NCBI GenBank assembly: GCA_965237905.1 | Contig: OZ250172.1 | Coordinates: 2,240,001 to 2,304,000 of the forward strand | Length of the DNA: 64,000 nt | Direction: 5' to 3' | From: Nitrospinaceae bacterium | GTDB lineage: Bacteria; Nitrospinota; Nitrospinia; Nitrospinales; Nitrospinaceae | Shown: positions 58,955 through 64,000 of the stretch, piece after piece | Numbering within the stretch: position 1 is the first letter of the stretch | How the letters are laid out: every line of letters starts with the position of its first letter | Made by a program: the position numbers and the translations under genes | Notes under the pieces: generated by a model | Told to the model about the DNA's origin: nothing | Databases searched by the model: none | What the model saw: the letters and a program-made list of their open reading frames with translations, nothing else

Positions 58955-59872
58955 TTAAACTTCGGTCAGCCAGTGTTTGAACTTGGGGGATTTGCCGGCG
59001 ACGATGTCGAAGAAGGATTTCTGGATGCGGTCGGTGGTGTCGCCTTTCGATCCGTTGCCGATACTGCGGTTGTCGATCTCGCGGATCGGGGTGATCTCGG
59101 CGGCGGTGCCGGTCAGGAAAATTTCGTCGGCCAGGTACAGCTCATCCCGCGTCAGCGTTTCTTCCTTCAACGGGATGTTCAGTTCTTCACAGATGCCGAA
59201 CACCGCGTCGCGGGTGATGCCGTCCAGGCAACTGCTCGACAGCGGCGGGGTCATTAGTGTGTTTTTATATAAGATGAATATATTCTCACCCGACCCTTCG
59301 GAAACGTAACCATTGGGATCGAGCAGAATCGCTTCGTCGTAGCCGTCACGCACCGCTTCCGCCTTGGCGAAGATGGAGTTGATGTAATAGCCGCAGGCCT
59401 TGGCCTTGGTCATGCTGATGTTGACATGGTGCCGGGTAAACGAGGAGGTGCGGACGCGGATGCCCTTGTTGAGTCCGTCGTCGCCCAGGTACGTGCCCCA
59501 CGGCCAGGCGGCGATGGCAACGCGGACGTTGACGCCCTCCGGGTTCAGGCCCATTTTGTTGTCGCCCAGGAAAACGATCGGGCGGATGTAGCACTCCTCC
59601 AGCTTGTTGACCGAAACAACATTAATGATGGCCTTGGTGATGTCCTCCGGCGAAAAGGGGATGTCGATCCCCAGTATTTTGGCGGAGTTGAACAGGCGCT
59701 GGACGTGCTCCGGCAGGCGGAAAATGGCCGATTTGCCGTTCTCCGTGCGGTAACAGCGGATGCCCTCGAACACACCGTAGCCGTAATGCAGGGTGTGGGT
59801 GAGGACGTGGACATTCGCTTCGTGCCAGGGGACCAGTGCCCCGTCCATCCAGATTTTTTCCGATTTTTCCAC
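58955..59872 (-). CDS. ilvE: Branched-chain amino acid aminotransferase
   Basis: LHYGYGVFEG, YIRP, KAKACGYY, EGSGEN, LDGITR, GTAAEITP. Confidence 0.97.
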   Translation of the reverse strand: MEKSEKIWMDGALVPWHEANVHVLTHTLHYGYGVFEGIRCYRTENGKSAIFRLPEHVQRLFNSAKILGIDIPFSPEDITKAIINVVSVNKLEECYIRPIVFLGDNKMGLNPEGVNVRVAIAAWPWGTYLGDDGLNKGIRVRTSSFTRHHVNISMTKAKACGYYINSIFAKAEAVRDGYDEAILLDPNGYVSEGSGENIFILYKNTLMTPPLSSSCLDGITRDAVFGICEELNIPLKEETLTRDELYLADEIFLTGTAAEITPIREIDNRSIGNGSKGDTTDRIQKSFFDIVAGKSPKFKHWLTEV

Positions 59873-59954
59873 GTTGAGCCTTGATGAAGGTGAATTTACG
59901 CTAAAGGGCCATTTTATGAGGGGGTTGGGGTAAAATCAAGCCAAATAAAACCCA

Positions 59955-59983
59955 TTGACATGATAAGGTGGGTCTGATAATTT
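59955..59983 (+). promoter_or_regulatory. Putative tRNA operon promoter
   Basis: TTGACA followed by a GATAAT/TAATTT -10-like element upstream of tRNA-Lys. Confidence 0.5.
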
Positions 59984-60017
59984 CTTACGCTTCACGTGTG
60001 TCACGCAAGTGCATCAC

Positions 60018-60093
60018 GGGCCGCTAGCTCAGTTGGTAGAGCAACGCCCTTTTAAGGCGTGGGTCGAAGGTTCGAATCCTTCGCGGCTCACCA
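60018..60093 (+). tRNA. tRNA-Lys(TTT)
   Basis: Cloverleaf; anticodon arm ACGCC-CTTTTAA-GGCGT; GGTTCGAATCC; encoded CCA. Confidence 0.97.
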
Positions 60094-60122
60094 ATTTCTT
60101 TCTGCATCAAATACCACACACA

Positions 60123-60200
60123 GTCCCCATCGTCTAGCCTGGTCCAGGACACCGGCCTTTCACGCCGGCGACGCGGGTTCGAATCCCGCTGGGGACGCCA
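60123..60200 (+). tRNA. tRNA-Glu(TTC)
   Basis: GTCCCCA/TGGGGAC acceptor; CCGGC-CTTTCAC-GCCGG; GGTTCGAATCC; encoded CCA. Confidence 0.97.
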
Positions 60201-60348
60201 GGTTTTTCCCTCTATTTCATTGATTCTCCTGAGGCCATGGCCTCATCCTCTCCTTAACTTTTATTCTCCCCGCTTCCATTGATCCGGTCGGGGAAATGGG
60301 TTATTTTCAATAGAGCAAAATTTCCTTCATTCATCCAGGAGCTTCGTT

Positions 60349-61158
60349 ATGAGAATTCTTCTTGCCTTTTTCTTTATATTCAGTTTTATCGCTTGTGCCA
60401 ATTCCGATGTTCAGACGAATGGGGGTATTCAAACGAAAGAGATCGAATACTCTTCCGGCGGCACCACCCTGAAAGGTTTTTTGGCCTGGGACGATTCCGT
60501 GAAAGGCAAACGCCCTGGTGTACTGGTTGTCCACGAATGGTGGGGCCACAACCAACACGCTCGCGATCGCGCCCGCATGCTGGCAGAGCTCGGTTATACC
60601 GCGTTCGCGGTTGATATGTATGGAGACGGCAAATTTGCCGACCATCCGAAAAAGGCCGGCGAGTTCATGAGCGCGGCGTTTGAGGATTGGGAGGGAAGCC
60701 AGGCGAAATTCAACGCGGCGAAAAAGTTATTGCAAAATCATGCGACGGTCGACCCGGAACGCATTGGGGCGATCGGGTTTTGTTTCGGCGGTGCCGTCTC
60801 CCTGCGCATGGCGCGCGGCGGTGCCGATCTGGATGCGGTGGTCGCCTTTCATAGTGCGCTTCCCCTCGCTCCTCCGGTGAGTCCGGGCCAAGTGAAGGCC
60901 GCAGTGCTGGTCATCAACGGTGCGGACGATGGTTTTCTGGACCCCAAGACGGTGGCAACCTTTAAAGAGGAGATGGCGGGTGCGACGAAGGATTTCAGAT
61001 ACGTCAGCTTAAAAGGAGTCAAGCACAGCTACACCAACAAGCAGGCCGACGAGTTCAGCAAAAAGTTCGATATTTCCGCGCTGGAATACAATGAAAAAGC
61101 CGACCAGAACGCCTGGTCCGCCATGCAGGTTTTCTTCAAGCGGGTCTTTTCCAAGTAA
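60349..61158 (+). CDS. Dienelactone hydrolase family protein (exported)
   Basis: HEWWG, nucleophile GFCFGG, GADD, HSYTN; AGGAG RBS. Confidence 0.92.
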   Translation: MRILLAFFFIFSFIACANSDVQTNGGIQTKEIEYSSGGTTLKGFLAWDDSVKGKRPGVLVVHEWWGHNQHARDRARMLAELGYTAFAVDMYGDGKFADHPKKAGEFMSAAFEDWEGSQAKFNAAKKLLQNHATVDPERIGAIGFCFGGAVSLRMARGGADLDAVVAFHSALPLAPPVSPGQVKAAVLVINGADDGFLDPKTVATFKEEMAGATKDFRYVSLKGVKHSYTNKQADEFSKKFDISALEYNEKADQNAWSAMQVFFKRVFSK

Positions 61159-61323
61159 GGACGGATTTCAGGTTTCCCCCTTCTTTCAGGTCGAGTTTGA
61201 GAGCGAGGAAGGAAAGCAGGTCTTTCATGGAGGGCACTCCGACGGAGCCGGTCATTATTAGATAATTTTAATCTTGGCCCAGAGCCTTGATTGCAGAGCA
61301 TTAATAGGTTAAGGAAAATAAAT

Positions 61324-61554
61324 TTAGTCACCAAGAAAGCCGCATTGAGGAAGGTCTTCGCCATTTTTTTGATCTTTGCACCATTTCTCAAGCTGTTTCC
61401 TCGTCAGGCACGTGGGGTCTCCTGGCTCAGCGTGCCTACAGGCACACTCTGGAGATGTTTGACAAATTGAGGAGTAGGAGACGTAGCCAATCACAGTAAG
61501 AAAAACCGCTCCGAGAACCCAAACTACAATTTTATTTCTTCCACTGTATTTCAT
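61324..61554 (-). CDS. Small membrane-anchored Cys-rich protein
   Basis: N-terminal TM followed by six Cys within 47 aa. Confidence 0.55.
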   Translation of the reverse strand: MKYSGRNKIVVWVLGAVFLTVIGYVSYSSICQTSPECACRHAEPGDPTCLTRKQLEKWCKDQKNGEDLPQCGFLGD

Positions 61555-61873
61555 CTGCCAATTTCACTCTCAGTATAACTACATATTAGATTTGGACTTT
61601 TGGTTGTCATGGTTGCTTTCCTTCAATATAAACCATGTTGCGGTTAATACTAAAAGGTCGGTTTTCCGTCCTTTTCCTAGAGGTAATGCCTGATAGATTA
61701 CGGTTAAAGCCAGTTCTTATATCCCTATTTGCAAATGGTTGCCGATGAATGGAGATTAAGATTTGACGAGGTGCCGGACTTTGGTTAAAATGTGCCCAAT
61801 CCATTTTGACTCAAGAGATCCTTGTGCGTTCGGAAATCCTTTGCCTCCGGGTGCCAGGCCATTGCAGGGAGCT

Positions 61874-62515
61874 ATGACTAAATTAAAGCGGGGTTTCTAT
61901 TTTGTGCGATACGGTGTGGGGAAATTATTTTTTCCTGCTCTGGAGCCGTTGTTTATTTTGCGGGAAAACCTGAGCACAGCCGTCCGTCGGCATTTCGACC
62001 AGGCGATCAAACATATTGAAAACAAAAACTTTGCAGTGGCCCAGCTGAATTTGAATATGGTGCTGAGCCTTTACCCCAAGCATTTTCTGGCCCGTGTGTA
62101 CCGTGGCCGGATCTACCTCCAGCAAAAGCAGTACCGGCTGGCTTCTGAGGATTTATTGCAGGCCAACCGGATCAGCCCGTTCCGGTTTACGCATTACCGG
62201 CTGTATCGCGAATATCTGGAATCGATTGGTGAGGGCACCCAGCTTGGAGAAGGCCGACCTCCGGCACATTGGATGGGTCGGCTTAAAGGGCTGAGCCAGA
62301 CCTCTGATATCACTGGATACGACGGCATAGAGGCTTCCGATCTACAATCGATTTTTGAGGATTCCACAGATCTGGAAGAGGAACAGTTGATGCTCATACA
62401 GGACCCGGATTTAACCCAGAGTGACCAGGAAAAATTCGGGGATATGGGTCCGATCACACCTCGTGAAGCGGAAAACGCCGACTGGGACCACATCCTTAAA
62501 AAACTTACCTCTTAA
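61874..62515 (+). CDS. TPR-containing hypothetical protein
   Basis: GGGAG RBS; ARVYRGRIY TPR; acidic tail ending GPIT..E....DWD. Confidence 0.75.
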   Translation: MTKLKRGFYFVRYGVGKLFFPALEPLFILRENLSTAVRRHFDQAIKHIENKNFAVAQLNLNMVLSLYPKHFLARVYRGRIYLQQKQYRLASEDLLQANRISPFRFTHYRLYREYLESIGEGTQLGEGRPPAHWMGRLKGLSQTSDITGYDGIEASDLQSIFEDSTDLEEEQLMLIQDPDLTQSDQEKFGDMGPITPREAENADWDHILKKLTS

Positions 62516-62521
62516 ACTTTC

Positions 62522-64000
62522 CTAGAATTTCCCCCCGGTTCGCAATAGTTCACCCATCTCGTTTTTGGAGATGGGTTTGCTGAACAGATAACCCTGCGCC
62601 TCATCGCAATTCAATTCCGTTAAAAATTTTCTTTGTTCTTCGGTTTCCACGCCTTCGGCGATGGTTTTCATATTCAGACTTTGCGCGAGGGTGACGATGG
62701 CTTTGGTGATGGCCATGTTGGTCTGCAGGGTAAGATCCTTTATAAAGGTTTGATCGATCTTCAGGTAATCCATTGGAAGATTTTTAAGATAATTGAGAGA
62801 GGAAAAACCGGTTCCGAAGTCGTCGATCGAAATCTTGATTCCCAGTTCACTGAGTTTGTTCAAAATGGAAACCGCCAGGGTGGTGTCCTGCATCAAAACG
62901 CTTTCGGTAATTTCCAGCTCCAGATGGTGCGGCGAGATTTTCGTTTGCTTAAGAACTTTGCTGATTTCGGACACCAGATTGGGATGGGTGAATTGAACCA
63001 CCGACAGGTTGACTGATATGGGAATTTGCGGCAACCCGGCTTCCTGCCATATTTTGGTCTGTCGGCAGGCGGTGAGCAAAACCCAATGTCCCAGTTGAAT
63101 AATGAGCCGGGTTTCTTCGGCAATGGGGATGAACTGTTGAGGCATGACCAGCCCCAACTCCGGGCTGTCCCAGCGTATGAGAGCTTCCATGCCGGCAATT
63201 TGGCCTGATTTTAAATTAATTTTGGGTTGGTAATACAATTCAAACTCTTCACGATCCAACGCCTTTCGTAGATTTTTCTCCACCGCCAGCCGTTCCATCG
63301 CTTTGAAATTCATCGCCGGGGTATACAACTGGAACGTATTCCGTCCCTTTTCCTTGGCCCGGTACATGGCCAGATCGGAATTTTTCAGGAGTGTTTTGAT
63401 TTCCGTACCGTCGTCGGGGAAGATGGAGATACCGATGCTACAGCCGACATACAATTCGTTATCTCCAATTTTAAACACCGGCATTACCGCGTCGAGAATC
63501 TTCTCGGCCAGTCGGGCCGTGTGATCTGTATCCGTCAAACCCGGGATGAGGATAATGAACTCATCTCCCCCCATTCGTGCGATGGTGTCCTGTTTGCGCA
63601 GGACTTCCTTGATTCTCAAGGAAACCTGCTGAAGCAACTGGTCGCCGGCTTCATGTCCCAAAGAATCGTTGATGGTCTTGAAATGGTCCAGGTCCAGGAA
63701 GAGAATGGCCACTTTCTGGTTGTTGCGGGAAGCGTTGGCCAAAGCCACCGCGAGCCGGTCGTTGAGCAGGTTCCGGTTGGGCAGACCCGTCAGGGAATCG
63801 TAATAGGCCATTTGCCGGATGGTATTTTCCATCTGCTTGCGTTCGGTCAAATCCTGAACCCAAACCAGAATTTCCAAATGGGAATCTTTGGGTTCCACCA
63901 GTTGGAGTTTGCATTCGGCAGGGTAGGAGGACCCATCTTTCCTTTTAAAAGCGGTTTCAAATGAAACCATAGGCCGGATTTTGTTTATGAGGGAATCGCA
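62522..64000 (-). CDS. PAS-GGDEF-EAL protein (5' partial)
   Basis: PAC (KRKDGS..QDLTERK), intact GGDEF, EAL and DDFGTGFSS; frame open to the window edge. Confidence 0.95.
   Translation of the reverse strand, partial: CDSLINKIRPMVSFETAFKRKDGSSYPAECKLQLVEPKDSHLEILVWVQDLTERKQMENTIRQMAYYDSLTGLPNRNLLNDRLAVALANASRNNQKVAILFLDLDHFKTINDSLGHEAGDQLLQQVSLRIKEVLRKQDTIARMGGDEFIILIPGLTDTDHTARLAEKILDAVMPVFKIGDNELYVGCSIGISIFPDDGTEIKTLLKNSDLAMYRAKEKGRNTFQLYTPAMNFKAMERLAVEKNLRKALDREEFELYYQPKINLKSGQIAGMEALIRWDSPELGLVMPQQFIPIAEETRLIIQLGHWVLLTACRQTKIWQEAGLPQIPISVNLSVVQFTHPNLVSEISKVLKQTKISPHHLELEITESVLMQDTTLAVSILNKLSELGIKISIDDFGTGFSSLNYLKNLPMDYLKIDQTFIKDLTLQTNMAITKAIVTLAQSLNMKTIAEGVETEEQRKFLTELNCDEAQGYLFSKPISKNEMGELLRTGGKF

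Noticed and set aside
60018..61600. tRNA-anchored integrated island
   Set aside because: No integrase and no duplicated tRNA 3' end seen in the window.

Overview
Mostly housekeeping chromosomal DNA from a moderately GC-rich diderm bacterium. The gene mix and style suggest Nitrospinota (inference only). Core genes: lepA-lepB, gcvT-gcvH-gcvPA, an HU-like protein, guaB-guaA, class II ribonucleotide reductase nrdJ, pstSCAB, an NtrB/NtrC-type pair, ilvE, and tRNA-Lys/tRNA-Glu. Accessory genes: two flavoprotein disulfide reductases, two Mo-cofactor oxidoreductases, two FGE-sulfatase-fold proteins, TPR proteins, an ECF sigma/anti-sigma/ArsM-like operon divergent from an ArsR, an ELWxxDGT-repeat protein and a partial PAS-GGDEF-EAL gene. 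No CRISPR array, transposase or integrase was seen. Most unusual: (1) one ORF fusing MiaA through an internal signal-peptide-like segment to a TPR/Slt lytic transglycosylase; (2) a 1.4-kb AT-rich region before nrdJ with two near-identical NrdR-box promoters, each followed by large hairpins (one a perfect 29-bp inverted repeat), an unannotated Cys-rich small ORF and DnaA-like boxes; (3) a 1.8-kb low-GC sulfotransferase cassette bracketed by a duplicated promoter plus gene start; (4) an 11-bp-phased DnaA-box array; (5) a Rieske-fold protein lacking both His ligands; (6) an active/inactive M14 hydrolase pair. All calls come from reading the sequence and motifs; no database searches were run.
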